Virus record (IMG/VR): IMGVR_UViG_3300031133_000383
Span: 373,044 to 437,043 of that record
Length of the DNA: 64,000 bases
Strand: one strand, 5' to 3'
Origin: a virus
Lineage: Duplodnaviria > Heunggongvirae > Uroviricota > Caudoviricetes
Below, one piece after another: positions 40,485-50,705 of this stretch; positions within the stretch are counted from its first letter, which is position 1, and each line of letters starts with the position of its first letter. A model generated the notes under the pieces. The model did no database searches, was not told where the DNA came from, and saw only the letters and a program-made list of their open reading frames with translations. The position numbers and the translations under genes are program-made.

Positions 40485-41444
40485 TTATATTAATTTAAAT
40501 TTTGGCTTGTTTTTAGGTTCAATTACTTCTATGCTTTGTGGTTGTGGTTTTTGATTCATCTTGTCCAACAATTTAATAGTGTAGTAGGCATCATTTCCAC
40601 TGTTGTGCATTTCTTTTTTAGAATGGTCTATTTCATATTCGGTCAACATGGATTGCAATGTTTTTTGGCAGCCTTCTAGTCGTTGAGTATCAATAATCTG
40701 CAGGTTTTTGAAATCGCTGATCCATATTCCATGTATTCCAAACAATCTTAAATCTTCTTGATGAGAGTGGAACAGAACATAATCAGCTAATTCCAGTTGT
40801 CCTTTGATAATATCAGTCATCTTGTCCAAAGAGATGATTTCAGTTTTCCCAAACCTAAACCTTCTTTGCAAACTGCCATCACTTTTAGATTCATAGGCTG
40901 TATCAATCAAATAATGTTTGGATATCATGTTTTCACCTTGCTTAACCGTCATGCCCATTTCAGTTATCAAATCTTTTTTGTTGGAAAACTCAAAGTCTAT
41001 GGATACAATCCGTTTTCTTTCAATATCGGCTGGCAGGGTATTGACTAACATTTTTTTCAATGCCTTTTTGACATTAGATAATTTCTGAGCAAGTCTTTCA
41101 CCACCTATTGCCTTCATTTTGGCTAAAATAGCCTTTCTAACATCTCCTATGTTAGCGACTGTAAATTCTTCCATCTCTTTATAGATCTCTGGATTAGCCA
41201 TGCCAACTCTTTTAACACTAAAACCTCTTTCCATTTTTAAAGTGGCAAACAAATTTATTTTTTCAAAATCATCTTGCGAGATATGAATTTCGTCTGTATT
41301 TTTAGGAAAATAAACTTTTTGAACTTTTAAAATATTGAAAATATTGGAATCGCTGTAGAAATCCATAATTTGTTTTTTCTTTCTGGGAGATTTTGTCGTA
41401 TTAGCTAATGATTTACGGATTTTGTTAGTACTGTAATAATTCAT
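40485..41444 (-). CDS. DEDDh 3'-5' exonuclease domain protein
   Basis: SIDFE, FHS..EDL, IIDT, HNSGNDA motifs. Confidence 0.85.
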   Translation of the reverse strand: MNYYSTNKIRKSLANTTKSPRKKKQIMDFYSDSNIFNILKVQKVYFPKNTDEIHISQDDFEKINLFATLKMERGFSVKRVGMANPEIYKEMEEFTVANIGDVRKAILAKMKAIGGERLAQKLSNVKKALKKMLVNTLPADIERKRIVSIDFEFSNKKDLITEMGMTVKQGENMISKHYLIDTAYESKSDGSLQRRFRFGKTEIISLDKMTDIIKGQLELADYVLFHSHQEDLRLFGIHGIWISDFKNLQIIDTQRLEGCQKTLQSMLTEYEIDHSKKEMHNSGNDAYYTIKLLDKMNQKPQPQSIEVIEPKNKPKFKLI

Positions 41445-41581
41445 AGAAACGTAGATATTTGTTTATTACATTTTATCATTAAACTTTAATAAAAAAAGCT
41501 TCCGATATTCTTTCACATTTAAAACTTGCCTTTTTTACTATTATTTATTATAATAATTTATTATTTTTTAGGAGTTGTGTC

Positions 41582-42577
41582 ATGGCAAAAATCTTAACAG
41601 GAGATAGACCAACAGGTTCACTTCATCTTGGTCATTTTGTCGGTTCCTTACGCAATCGTGTTGAACTGCAGCATTTACACCAGCAAACCATTTTGATTGC
41701 TGATAATCAGGCGTTGACTGACAATATGGGGAATCCTATAAAAGTCCGTGATAACGTCATTGAAGTTGCCAAAGACTATCTAGCGTGTGGCATCGATCCT
41801 ACTAAGACAACGATTTGTGTCCAGTCACATCTACCAGCTATTGCCGAATTGACAATGTTGTATCTCAACCTTGTAACCGTTTCTCGTTTAGAACGAAATC
41901 CTACCATTCGCGATGAGATTAAAGCCAAGAATTTTGAGCGAAGTATCCCCGCAGGCTTCTTGGCTTATCCAGTGGCTCAAGCCGCTGACATTACTGCATT
42001 CAAAGCCGATCTTGTCCCAGTGGGTGAAGACCAGCTTCCATTGATTGAACAGGCGAATGAAATCGTCCACAAGTTAAACACTCAGATAGGTTTTGAGATT
42101 GTTCCATCCATCAAAGCACTTACTTCAACAGTGGGACGACTACCAAGCCTTGATGGCAAGTCTAAAATGAGCAAATCGCTTGGTAATACGATCAATCTGT
42201 ACGCAAGCATGAAAGATATTCAAAAAGCCGTTAATTTGATGTTTACTGACAGTAGTCATCTTCGTGTACAAGATCCCGGCCAAGTGGAAGGTAACGTGGT
42301 GTTTACCTACCTTGATGCGTTTGATCCTGATGTGAATGAGGTGGCTAATCTGAAAGAGTTCTATCAACGTGGTGGATTAGGTGATGGCACTTTGAAAAAG
42401 CGGCTGGTGGGAGTTTTAGAGACTGTTATTGCTCCTATCCGAGAACAAAGACTGTTGCTAAATACTCAGCATGATTTTGTACTGGATGTGTTGAAGCAAG
42501 GCACAGCGAAAGCCCAACTAGAAACGCATCAAAACGTCAATGAAATTAAAGATGTTTTTGGTTTTTTCAAATTTTAA
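41582..42577 (+). CDS. trpS: tryptophanyl-tRNA synthetase
   Basis: TGDRPTGSLHLGH (HIGH), VPVGEDQ, KMSKS. Confidence 0.97.
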   Translation: MAKILTGDRPTGSLHLGHFVGSLRNRVELQHLHQQTILIADNQALTDNMGNPIKVRDNVIEVAKDYLACGIDPTKTTICVQSHLPAIAELTMLYLNLVTVSRLERNPTIRDEIKAKNFERSIPAGFLAYPVAQAADITAFKADLVPVGEDQLPLIEQANEIVHKLNTQIGFEIVPSIKALTSTVGRLPSLDGKSKMSKSLGNTINLYASMKDIQKAVNLMFTDSSHLRVQDPGQVEGNVVFTYLDAFDPDVNEVANLKEFYQRGGLGDGTLKKRLVGVLETVIAPIREQRLLLNTQHDFVLDVLKQGTAKAQLETHQNVNEIKDVFGFFKF

Positions 42578-42618
42578 ATAAATGACAATTTTGAAGTTTT
42601 GAATATTCGTCTTACAAA

Positions 42619-42674
42619 GTGACGTACTCACGGCAATGAATTACCGGAGATGCCCGCAAAAGATCCTGAATTTT
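42619..42674. repeat. Dispersed ~55-bp intergenic repeat, copy 2
   Basis: Similar to 512-566. Confidence 0.7.
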
Positions 42675-42768
42675 CCAAAAAACGCTTGCCATAATATCCA
42701 AAATTAGGTATTATGGCTATCTCAACAATACAGACACATTTATTAATCATCCTAAAAGGAGAAAGCCC

Positions 42769-42783
42769 ATGTTTATTATTTAA
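42769..42783 (+). promoter_or_regulatory. 4-codon leader ORF (MFII)
   Basis: AAGGAG RBS; ends TAAACTTAA like the 33728 uORF. Confidence 0.6.
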
Positions 42784-42803
42784 ACTTAATAGAGGATATA
42801 AAT

Positions 42804-43127
42804 ATGAGCAGGACAATCCGTCGCAAAAAGAATAATTTCGTCAACCTCTTCTTGCTGAGCGAAAGGGATTTGAACGAACATGGTCGGGTCGAGGGTCACT
42901 GGGATAAAGCACTGGCTGGTTTGACCTTGGAAGAAGCCAACAAGAAAAAAATGCAGTGGTTCCATTCCTGCAGCGGCCCAAGCTTCGACTACTGCCCCGG
43001 AAAAGCTTACCGTCAGGAATACCGGGCGAAAAGCAAACAGCAACTCAGGGAGCAATTGAACGTGCTCGATGATTACGAAGCGGTAGCCATCGACAAGATC
43101 TGCAACGACTGGCGTTACTGGATGTAA
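42804..43127 (+). CDS. basic phage protein, paralog of 33763
   Basis: MSRTIRRK; shared C-terminal half; GC-richer codons. Confidence 0.88.
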   Translation: MSRTIRRKKNNFVNLFLLSERDLNEHGRVEGHWDKALAGLTLEEANKKKMQWFHSCSGPSFDYCPGKAYRQEYRAKSKQQLREQLNVLDDYEAVAIDKICNDWRYWM

Positions 43128-43180
43128 CTTAACAAGACCTTTCTGTAAAGGTCTTTTTTATTTTCTAAAAGGATTATATT

Positions 43181-43594
43181 ATGAAGAAAATGATTGTGTA
43201 TCGACTTGAAAATAGCCAAGGTGTTGGCCCCTTCCGTGGTGGTCATCGAGATGAAGCTGAATTGTTGAAAGGGCATATGGGCATTCGTCAATGTCTTGTT
43301 GAATGCGGTCGTATGAAGCCTAGAGTATTTAAGAAACTGTCTGCTTTGGGTTGGAATTGTGCTTGGAGTTCGGAAGTTGCCTTTAATGAGTGGATGAACG
43401 GCAAGACAGAATTTTTTAGTGAACTTGGTTACTTTAAAGTACTCTATGAAGTTGAGCAGTATAAGTTGTGTGATGAACAGCAGCTTTGTCAGTATGACGA
43501 AAACTTTGAAGACTATGTATTTTTCGATATTGATGGTTTTCAGGTATTTTTTAATCCACGACGAGCAGTTAAAGTTGCACCATTTACCATTTAG
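43181..43594 (+). CDS. hypothetical phage protein
   Basis: VYRLENSQGVGPF N-terminus. Confidence 0.8.
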   Translation: MKKMIVYRLENSQGVGPFRGGHRDEAELLKGHMGIRQCLVECGRMKPRVFKKLSALGWNCAWSSEVAFNEWMNGKTEFFSELGYFKVLYEVEQYKLCDEQQLCQYDENFEDYVFFDIDGFQVFFNPRRAVKVAPFTI

Positions 43595-43696
43595 CTGTTT
43601 TAAATAGTTGCAATTCGACTTTGTTTTAATTATGTTTGTTCAGCAATACAAGTCAAACTGGAATATATAGCGTTTAATGCTTTTATTGGAGAAATT

Positions 43697-44479
43697 ATGG
43701 ATTTTAAAACTTATATAAAAAGGTTTAATCATGATGGAGTAAACAATTTTCCAATAAAATTTCATGGTGTCATGACAGAGAAGCTGGTCGAGCTTCTTAA
43801 ATGTGTATGTAAAATCGATCTTTCTATGATGTCTCCTGATGATGAGTGTTATTTTAAATTTGATAGTGATTTCAAACAACATCATGTCGTTAAATATCAT
43901 TTTAACTATACAGGTGACGATGTTGGTGAGGCGGAAGCATTGATTGGCGTCAGTGGCGACCGATTTTTTGTATCATTTCGTTTTTATAAAAAGGAAAAGC
44001 ATCCAAGTCTTCCAGCGGGAGCCTATTGTGTAGATGTTGATGTAGATGATCAGTTTCAATATATATCTGCAGAATTTGAGATTCGTTATGATTTCGGGCT
44101 AAAATCAAATAACAATAAGCATCGGGCTACTTTATTTTTTTACAAAGTCCTCGATAAAAATTTTAAACTAAGCACAGTGATTAGTTGCAGAAACCTAAAT
44201 AGCCATAAAACACATACTTTGCTTAAAACAAAAGATCTTCCCGCTTTATTCTTTGAAAACGACCATCACTTTTATGATACATTGAAAGAAATGTTAGAGT
44301 ATTGCGAAATGCAACCGAATTTATTCTATTCTGTATTCTCAGAATATCCAGAGCATATAGAACTAGTGTCCAGTAGTAAAGCTGTTAAAAAGTTTCTGAC
44401 TTTATACCATGATCAATTTACAAATGATTCTTCGATTTTAGACGCAAGGCTGCTATTACTTGAAATGAAGGATATTTAA
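43697..44479 (+). CDS. ~255-aa paralog family member
   Basis: CKIDLS, FSEYP; ends LLEMKDI. Confidence 0.85.
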   Translation: MDFKTYIKRFNHDGVNNFPIKFHGVMTEKLVELLKCVCKIDLSMMSPDDECYFKFDSDFKQHHVVKYHFNYTGDDVGEAEALIGVSGDRFFVSFRFYKKEKHPSLPAGAYCVDVDVDDQFQYISAEFEIRYDFGLKSNNNKHRATLFFYKVLDKNFKLSTVISCRNLNSHKTHTLLKTKDLPALFFENDHHFYDTLKEMLEYCEMQPNLFYSVFSEYPEHIELVSSSKAVKKFLTLYHDQFTNDSSILDARLLLLEMKDI

Positions 44480-44480
44480 G

Positions 44481-45224
44481 ATGTCTACTATTTATAAAGA
44501 ACTCACTACCGTTAAAACAATTAATAATAACCCTAACATTCAAAAAAAACTTGTTGATATATTTAAAATAATTTGTGATATTGACCTTTCACATGAAGAA
44601 ACCCCTTTCATATTTGATGGGGGTTCATTACGTAAAAAGATTGTTTATAACTATAAGTTTAAATATGGCGTTGCATATGTTGAAACTTATGAACAAGAAA
44701 TGCGTGTAATCTTTGTTTTTAATAATTCTGAAAATCTCGTCATTCCATTTAATATACCTCTGCGTTCTAGTCGTTGTGTAGTTCAAGTCGATCATGACTT
44801 GAATTTTATAGACGGACGATTCGGGTTTTTTACCTCTTTTTCAAATAAAAATAGCGAAGAAAAAGAATCTGGCTATATTTTACTTTGTTTTGAAAGTATC
44901 AATAATGGGACTATGTGGTATAATCAGGTCTCTTACAGTAATACTGTATTAGAAGAAAAAATAGGTTTACAGCCTTCTAGTATTGATGAAATTTACTCAA
45001 TCCCAAATGACGAATTTGAACAAATTTTTATCAAATTTATGACATACTGTTCGAAAAATACAGAATATTTTTATAATGTTTTTAGTGAATACCCTAAATG
45101 TAAGTATATAGTTGAGAATATTAACGAATTAATTATATTTTTAAATTTATTAAGCCAACAATATGTTGAGAACCCAACACTTTTAAAATCACGTATACTT
45201 TTATTGACCATGCAGGTAATTTAA
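44481..45224 (+). CDS. ~255-aa paralog family member
   Basis: CDIDLS, FSEYP; ends LLTMQVI. Confidence 0.85.
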   Translation: MSTIYKELTTVKTINNNPNIQKKLVDIFKIICDIDLSHEETPFIFDGGSLRKKIVYNYKFKYGVAYVETYEQEMRVIFVFNNSENLVIPFNIPLRSSRCVVQVDHDLNFIDGRFGFFTSFSNKNSEEKESGYILLCFESINNGTMWYNQVSYSNTVLEEKIGLQPSSIDEIYSIPNDEFEQIFIKFMTYCSKNTEYFYNVFSEYPKCKYIVENINELIIFLNLLSQQYVENPTLLKSRILLLTMQVI

Positions 45225-45226
45225 TT

Positions 45227-45985
45227 ATGAATGTTTATGACAGACTCTTAGAAATAAATGATTCAAATGATTTAATTACCAAGATGGAAGATGAAATCAC
45301 TCAAAAATTATCAAAATTACTATACGATTCCTGTAATATAGATTTATCTAATATTGATGTCTCATTCAAGCAAAAAGAAATTAGTCGTCGTGATGGTATT
45401 GACATACATATTAAGTATGTAGCCGGATTCGTGCAAGCGACACTTTCGCTATTACCAGCAGAAAATAAATTAGAAGTTGAATTTTTTTTATCCAAGAATT
45501 CATGTAGTAAACAGTTTAACCATAAAGCCAGAGAATACTGTCTGGATGTTGACCATGAACTTGTGTTGAAAAGAACAAAATTCAACAATAACTTTCTGTT
45601 CATAAAAGAAAAATCCAATCAGGTTTTTCATATTCTTCTCAGTGTTGAAACGTGTATAGTTGATAAAAATAATTTTTCTAAAAAATTTGAGTGGACCGAT
45701 CACCAATTTAATTCAGCAAAAAAAAATTTGAAAGATTTTGGATTAAGTGCTTATTTCTATCACAATAATCAACCTTTTGAAGATCTATTGACATTTTTCT
45801 TGTTTAATGCGGCGAATCATTCTTTACTGTTTTTTGAGTTATTTGATGAATATCCAAATGCTATTGATTTAACCCATTCTATTGAAAAGATGGTTCAATT
45901 TCTAGAACTATTTAAACATCAATATCTAAGTGATCCTGATTTACTCAAATCGAGAATTCTATTAATGAAAATGAACACAATCTAA
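45227..45985 (+). CDS. ~255-aa paralog family member
   Basis: CNIDLS, FDEYP; ends LMKMNTI. Confidence 0.85.
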   Translation: MNVYDRLLEINDSNDLITKMEDEITQKLSKLLYDSCNIDLSNIDVSFKQKEISRRDGIDIHIKYVAGFVQATLSLLPAENKLEVEFFLSKNSCSKQFNHKAREYCLDVDHELVLKRTKFNNNFLFIKEKSNQVFHILLSVETCIVDKNNFSKKFEWTDHQFNSAKKNLKDFGLSAYFYHNNQPFEDLLTFFLFNAANHSLLFFELFDEYPNAIDLTHSIEKMVQFLELFKHQYLSDPDLLKSRILLMKMNTI

Positions 45986-46158
45986 TTTATATAATATGTT
46001 TTATTGATATAAAGGTCTTGTCGTGATATGATACTGGCTCATATACATGACCTACAATACATGCTGATAAAAAAATCAGACATGCTTAAAAAAGAGTTTA
46101 AAGATAATAAAGAAAAATTGAAAGTATAATTTATTTTAAAATTATTAAGGAGTGAATT

Positions 46159-47259
46159 TTGTTTAATTTATTTAAGATGTTTAAGTCAAAAACCAATTTC
46201 GATGGGTTCTCTTGTGATGATGTCTTCGTTGGTGAACAACAAATGCCTTTTGATACTGGTATTTCCTTTTTATATACCTGTTATTTTTCTGACTATTACA
46301 TAGCATTTGAATACAAGAAATATACTTCTTCTTCTAACATTTTAGGTATCAGCACGCTTTCATATCAAAACACTGTTATCTATAGAGAACAACATAATTT
46401 AAATTTAAGCAATCTTAGTATTAGTGATTATTTGAAACAAAGTTTCAAAAAGATAATTAATTATGCAAGAAAATTCGATACAAATCATTTAAATATTATT
46501 TTACCTTTTTTTAAAACTGAGTCGGTATTTCAAACTAAAAGTCTTGAACTTATGTTAACATCAACTTATCCCAGATGCTTTATATATACAGTATCTCTAA
46601 TGCAAGCACATGGAGCCAAGTATAATTCTTTTTTAAATAGAACCAGCAGTTCTAATATCCATAGGTTTCCTGTTATTAGTTACGATAATAAAGTGTTTGA
46701 TTGCTTATCTCCCGGTGATTACCGTCATCTTGCAAGACTTAACCAAGATAGAATTTACCAAATAGATGATATATCAAGTCAAATTAAGAAAACTCTTGAT
46801 GATACCACATTTACTGTTCATGCTTATGACAATCAGTATACTCATGTTTTCTTGAATACTGCTGATGCATCCACGCTTTTTTATGGCGTGATCAATTCAC
46901 AAAAAGAATATTATCCTTCTCATTTAAAAGAAGATGATGACTTTTTCAACGATATTTCTTTGCATGTTTTTTGGATGGTTAACTTTGAAAATAGAACAAC
47001 AGCACTTAATATTTTTATTTATGATGATGATAAATTAATTGAAGAATATAGTCATTCAATGGACACTAAATTTGAAGGGGATCTTATTGATTTAGAATAT
47101 TATTCTAAATTCTTTCAGGAAACCCTATCAAAATTAGTACATTGTTATTATCCAAATAGAAAATTAATAGAACTTTTAAACAATGAATTAAGCCTTGATG
47201 AAATTGAAGACAGACTAACCGAAGAGCAATACCATTTGTTTAAAATGATTACAATCTAA
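46159..47259 (+). CDS. hypothetical protein, C-terminal signature group
   Basis: AAGGAG RBS with TTG start; ends LFKMITI. Confidence 0.8.
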   Translation: MFNLFKMFKSKTNFDGFSCDDVFVGEQQMPFDTGISFLYTCYFSDYYIAFEYKKYTSSSNILGISTLSYQNTVIYREQHNLNLSNLSISDYLKQSFKKIINYARKFDTNHLNIILPFFKTESVFQTKSLELMLTSTYPRCFIYTVSLMQAHGAKYNSFLNRTSSSNIHRFPVISYDNKVFDCLSPGDYRHLARLNQDRIYQIDDISSQIKKTLDDTTFTVHAYDNQYTHVFLNTADASTLFYGVINSQKEYYPSHLKEDDDFFNDISLHVFWMVNFENRTTALNIFIYDDDKLIEEYSHSMDTKFEGDLIDLEYYSKFFQETLSKLVHCYYPNRKLIELLNNELSLDEIEDRLTEEQYHLFKMITI

Positions 47260-47343
47260 TAAGGATTTTTCAAATTTAAAATCAATGGCAATTCTCTTAG
47301 CTTTCTGTTATACTTTACATCTCATTTTAATGGATCTTTTACT

Positions 47344-47838
47344 ATGAATCAACTGGTGTGCTTGCTTAAAACGTTGAAATCTTTGAAGTTGAATGTTCAT
47401 ACTGAAATGCCATCGGTGGACGATTTTCAATTATTGATTGGCACTGATAGGTGCAGTCTTGCGGCTCATCATATTCGTAAAGAAATTCACTATCACCACG
47501 AACACAATAAACTGACAGATGACACCCATCAAATCCAGCTTCTCAAAATGATTCACAATCAGGTCATTGATAAGGGCATTGCTCATCAGCGAGAGTATTT
47601 CGATAGTCTTTTCGAAATCATTCATTCAAATGATGAGTTGAAACCTATTTTCCTGTATCATGAATTTAAAAACAGTGGTTACAAACTAAATCAACCAGAG
47701 CATTACGAAAAATTTTTGAAAATGACACGTAAGCTTAATGCAAAAGAATTTAAAGATAAAGAACTTATCATTTTCCTTTGTGCCAAAATTCTTGAAACTT
47801 ATGATGAAATCAATAAAATGAAATCTCAATATATGTAA
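47344..47838 (+). CDS. hypothetical protein
   Basis: 164-aa ORF. Confidence 0.75.
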   Translation: MNQLVCLLKTLKSLKLNVHTEMPSVDDFQLLIGTDRCSLAAHHIRKEIHYHHEHNKLTDDTHQIQLLKMIHNQVIDKGIAHQREYFDSLFEIIHSNDELKPIFLYHEFKNSGYKLNQPEHYEKFLKMTRKLNAKEFKDKELIIFLCAKILETYDEINKMKSQYM

Positions 47839-47850
47839 AGTATAATCATA

Positions 47851-48187
47851 GGAAAGCCTTTGGATAGCTGTCAATTAAAGGCGTATCATACCAAGCTCGC
47901 TTAATTATTCATTGGCTACACGACATTCCAGAACATTCGCTTATTGTTGTCCATTGTTGATCGGGTATTTCCCGATCAGCCGCTGTTGTTAAGTTTATGC
48001 CGGACATCCTTGGTTACCCATTAGATCCTGCTCCATTTTTAGATGTGATTACCACTTGATGAACAGACACGTTTATGATAAACTATTGACTGTATATCAG
48101 TCTATGGGGAAATAAGCATGAAACGTGGCACTTATATCGCCAGTCGAGCAAGTTTACCAGAACGATCAGAGGCGTGGAGAAAACTAC
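47851..48187 (+). ncRNA. candidate ~330-nt structured ncRNA
   Basis: GC-richer, no long ORF, several stems, TATAAT at 47841; strand uncertain. Confidence 0.45.
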
Positions 48188-49777
48188 GTAAACTACCCCG
48201 CCCTGAAGGACGGAGCTTTTTTAGTTTTGTTGAAGCCTGATTCTATCAGTAAACTGATTAAAGTCTGCTTCTTTGGGTAGTTTACGATACCCTTACTGGC
48301 TTCTTTAAAATACAGATCTCTCCATTCTTTAAATTTACCACTACTTTCTAAATACTTTCTTAGTATATTTCCTGCTCCATTTATATCCGAATTTATCAAT
48401 ATCCCTTCCTTGCTTTTGAACATCCCTCTTTTGGTTCTTCTACCAAGATAGTTCTCTTGGTGTTTCATTGGTTCTAGGTCAATGAAACTTGTTTTTGATG
48501 TGTAAGATTCTTCGCATCTTACTACTTCAATACCTTTTGCTTTTGCCTTATATTCAAGTACGTCCTTGAATTTGGCATGAGGAATAAATACAAAGTTTTG
48601 ATTATTAATTTTACCGATATTAATGTCTTGTTTCTGTTCTTTATTTTCACCTACAATTATCTTGTTTATATTGTGTTTCACACAATATTCTACAATAAAC
48701 TTTGTAGAACGGTGGAAATAATCATTAATTTTATTATTTCTTTTATGAGTTAACTTATTTTTCTTTTTAATTAATTCATTCGTTTCTAATTTTTCATTCT
48801 TGCGTAGTTCTATTTTGCTTTGCAACTTAGATGCTTTTTTATTGAAAAATTGATTTATAGATTTAATATATTTACCATCAATAATAAAAGAACTTCCGTT
48901 TTTAGAATTAAAACATCCTGCCAAATTATTTAAACCCGGATCTATTGATAGATATTGACCATTATCATCTTTTCTTGTCTCGATAGTTGTTTTGTAAACA
49001 ACTTCGAGTTTAAATTGAATAGGAGCTTTTCCATGTGGAATAATTCGTATTTCATTAATGGTTTGAATATGTTTTGGTACTTTAAATTCAAAACAATGAC
49101 TTGTATTAGGATAAAGTTTTTTAAATGCTTTAGAAGCATTGAATTTGAAAATATTAACATTATCCAAGTTAGATGACTTTACTTTATCAAATAAAATACT
49201 ACGTCCTTGAATAACAATGTTTGACAATACCGTTTCATTGTTTTTCTTTTTATATCGAGCTATTTTCACTTCTTTATTATAAGTCCCTTTCTTCTTGGCT
49301 TTCAACAAGCCAAGAAAGGAATTAAAATCACGATGAGCTAATTGAACGACTTGCTGCGAGCAGTCGTTTAAAAGAATAGAGAAATTTTCATTGGTTTTAC
49401 ATAAATGGTAATTATCCTTAAAAGCCAATATTTTACCATCAAAATAATTTTGTCGAATTTGATAAAGAGCAAAATTGTACATAAGAGAAGAATGAGTAGC
49501 GTGTTTAACAAGAAAATCATGATCAAGAGGGGCAAGAGAATTAAGCCACATTTGGCAAACTCTAGTTTCAATCAATGGATTTTTCTTTTTAGTGTTACGT
49601 TTCAAAACTTTCCCCTAAGACAACTAATAAATCAGTTGACAAAATAATAGAAGACATTATAGGATACTAAAAATAAAAGTCAACAAAGAATCAGTTGTCA
49701 ATTAAAAGAAGGCAGTTGAGACTATTCCTCCCCGCCCTGAAGGACGAGGCTTCCAAGTCTCTAATTGATTTCAAAGG
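48188..49777 (-). mobile_element. IS200/IS605-family (IS1341-type, tnpB-only) element
   Basis: Both ends carry GTCCTTCAGGGCGGGG hairpins; left end preceded by TCAC as in the 63615 copy. Confidence 0.85.
48193..49605 (-). CDS. tnpB: RNA-guided endonuclease TnpB
   Basis: SIDPGLNN (RuvC I), IIVGE, EESYTSK, NSDINGAGNI. Confidence 0.92.
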   Translation of the reverse strand: MKRNTKKKNPLIETRVCQMWLNSLAPLDHDFLVKHATHSSLMYNFALYQIRQNYFDGKILAFKDNYHLCKTNENFSILLNDCSQQVVQLAHRDFNSFLGLLKAKKKGTYNKEVKIARYKKKNNETVLSNIVIQGRSILFDKVKSSNLDNVNIFKFNASKAFKKLYPNTSHCFEFKVPKHIQTINEIRIIPHGKAPIQFKLEVVYKTTIETRKDDNGQYLSIDPGLNNLAGCFNSKNGSSFIIDGKYIKSINQFFNKKASKLQSKIELRKNEKLETNELIKKKNKLTHKRNNKINDYFHRSTKFIVEYCVKHNINKIIVGENKEQKQDINIGKINNQNFVFIPHAKFKDVLEYKAKAKGIEVVRCEESYTSKTSFIDLEPMKHQENYLGRRTKRGMFKSKEGILINSDINGAGNILRKYLESSGKFKEWRDLYFKEASKGIVNYPKKQTLISLLIESGFNKTKKAPSFRAG

Positions 49778-49989
49778 GTGATATAAATACATGGTCAGAA
49801 GATAGAAAAATATCGATAGAAAAAGAATCAACCGTATTGGTCAATAAATTATTTGAAGAAACTGAACAAATATTGTCTGGCTATAAAAATTGTATCGACT
49901 TATTTGCCAAGGAATTATTGGAATACAGAAGTTTATCTATCGAGCATATCGATGATTGGAAAAACAAAATATTAAAAAAAGCCTCTTAA
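49778..49989 (+). pseudogene. gene fragment resembling FtsH/M41 C-terminal helices, abutting the IS left end
   Basis: SEDRKISIEKE..KLFEETEQIL..LFAKELLEYRSL. Confidence 0.45.
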
Positions 49990-50007
49990 GAGGCTTTTTG
50001 TTTCATT

Positions 50008-50475
50008 TTACATTCTGGTTACTCGGGTTTGACCATTCAGGTTCATAATGCGAATTCTATCGCCTATACTGAATCTTTCATTTGCTTGTACTTGTTGAAC
50101 TACAGAACGGGTTACACCACTGTCCAAGTTAAAAGTAATTTCTACACCATTACTTCGTGTCATTAAACTTTCACCATAAGCACCTAGTAATCCACCGCCC
50201 ACTGCACCAACGATAGTGGTAATAATACTACCAGTACCACCACCCATTGTACTACCAGCCACTCCACCAATACCAGCACCAGCAATAGCACCGATTGGGG
50301 TTTTTGTACCCTCTATCTGAACAGGGCGTAATGCAACTATTGTACCTAACATAACAGTTTGTACTTGTCTTGCATCGTCTCTTGAATAGACATCACCCCC
50401 TAAATTTGAAACACAGCCACCCAATGTTGCTGAAAAAGCCAGAATAACGGCCAAACTTATTTTACTTAAATTCAT
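50008..50475 (-). CDS. slyB: SlyB-like outer-membrane lipoprotein (glycine zipper 2TM)
   Basis: Lipobox LGGC; GAIAGAGIGGVAGS glycine zipper; GVEIT. Confidence 0.88.
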   Translation of the reverse strand: MNLSKISLAVILAFSATLGGCVSNLGGDVYSRDDARQVQTVMLGTIVALRPVQIEGTKTPIGAIAGAGIGGVAGSTMGGGTGSIITTIVGAVGGGLLGAYGESLMTRSNGVEITFNLDSGVTRSVVQQVQANERFSIGDRIRIMNLNGQTRVTRM

Positions 50476-50705
50476 AAATCACCTCTATTTGGTTATATTG
50501 CTTATATGATCTTTATTCACTTACTAATAAAAGATCTTGTTTTTGACTTAACTTGATTGTATATTAAAATTAGAAAAAATCAAGATAGTCAATCTCTACT
50601 GTTGTTTGATTATTTTTATATTATTTTTTATTTAATACGTGTTTCGTCTTTAAGTTTATTTGTTTTATGCTATTATATAATTAACAACAACCGTAAAGGT
50701 AAAAT

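Noticed and set aside
49368-49647. Short ORFs overlapping the tnpB 5' end, and 63745-63942(-)
   Set aside because: Alternative-frame or antisense shadows of tnpB
47851-49777. IStron (group I intron fused to IS)
   Set aside because: Could not identify P7/R-S core motifs or a host ORF needing splicing; left as an unassigned RNA
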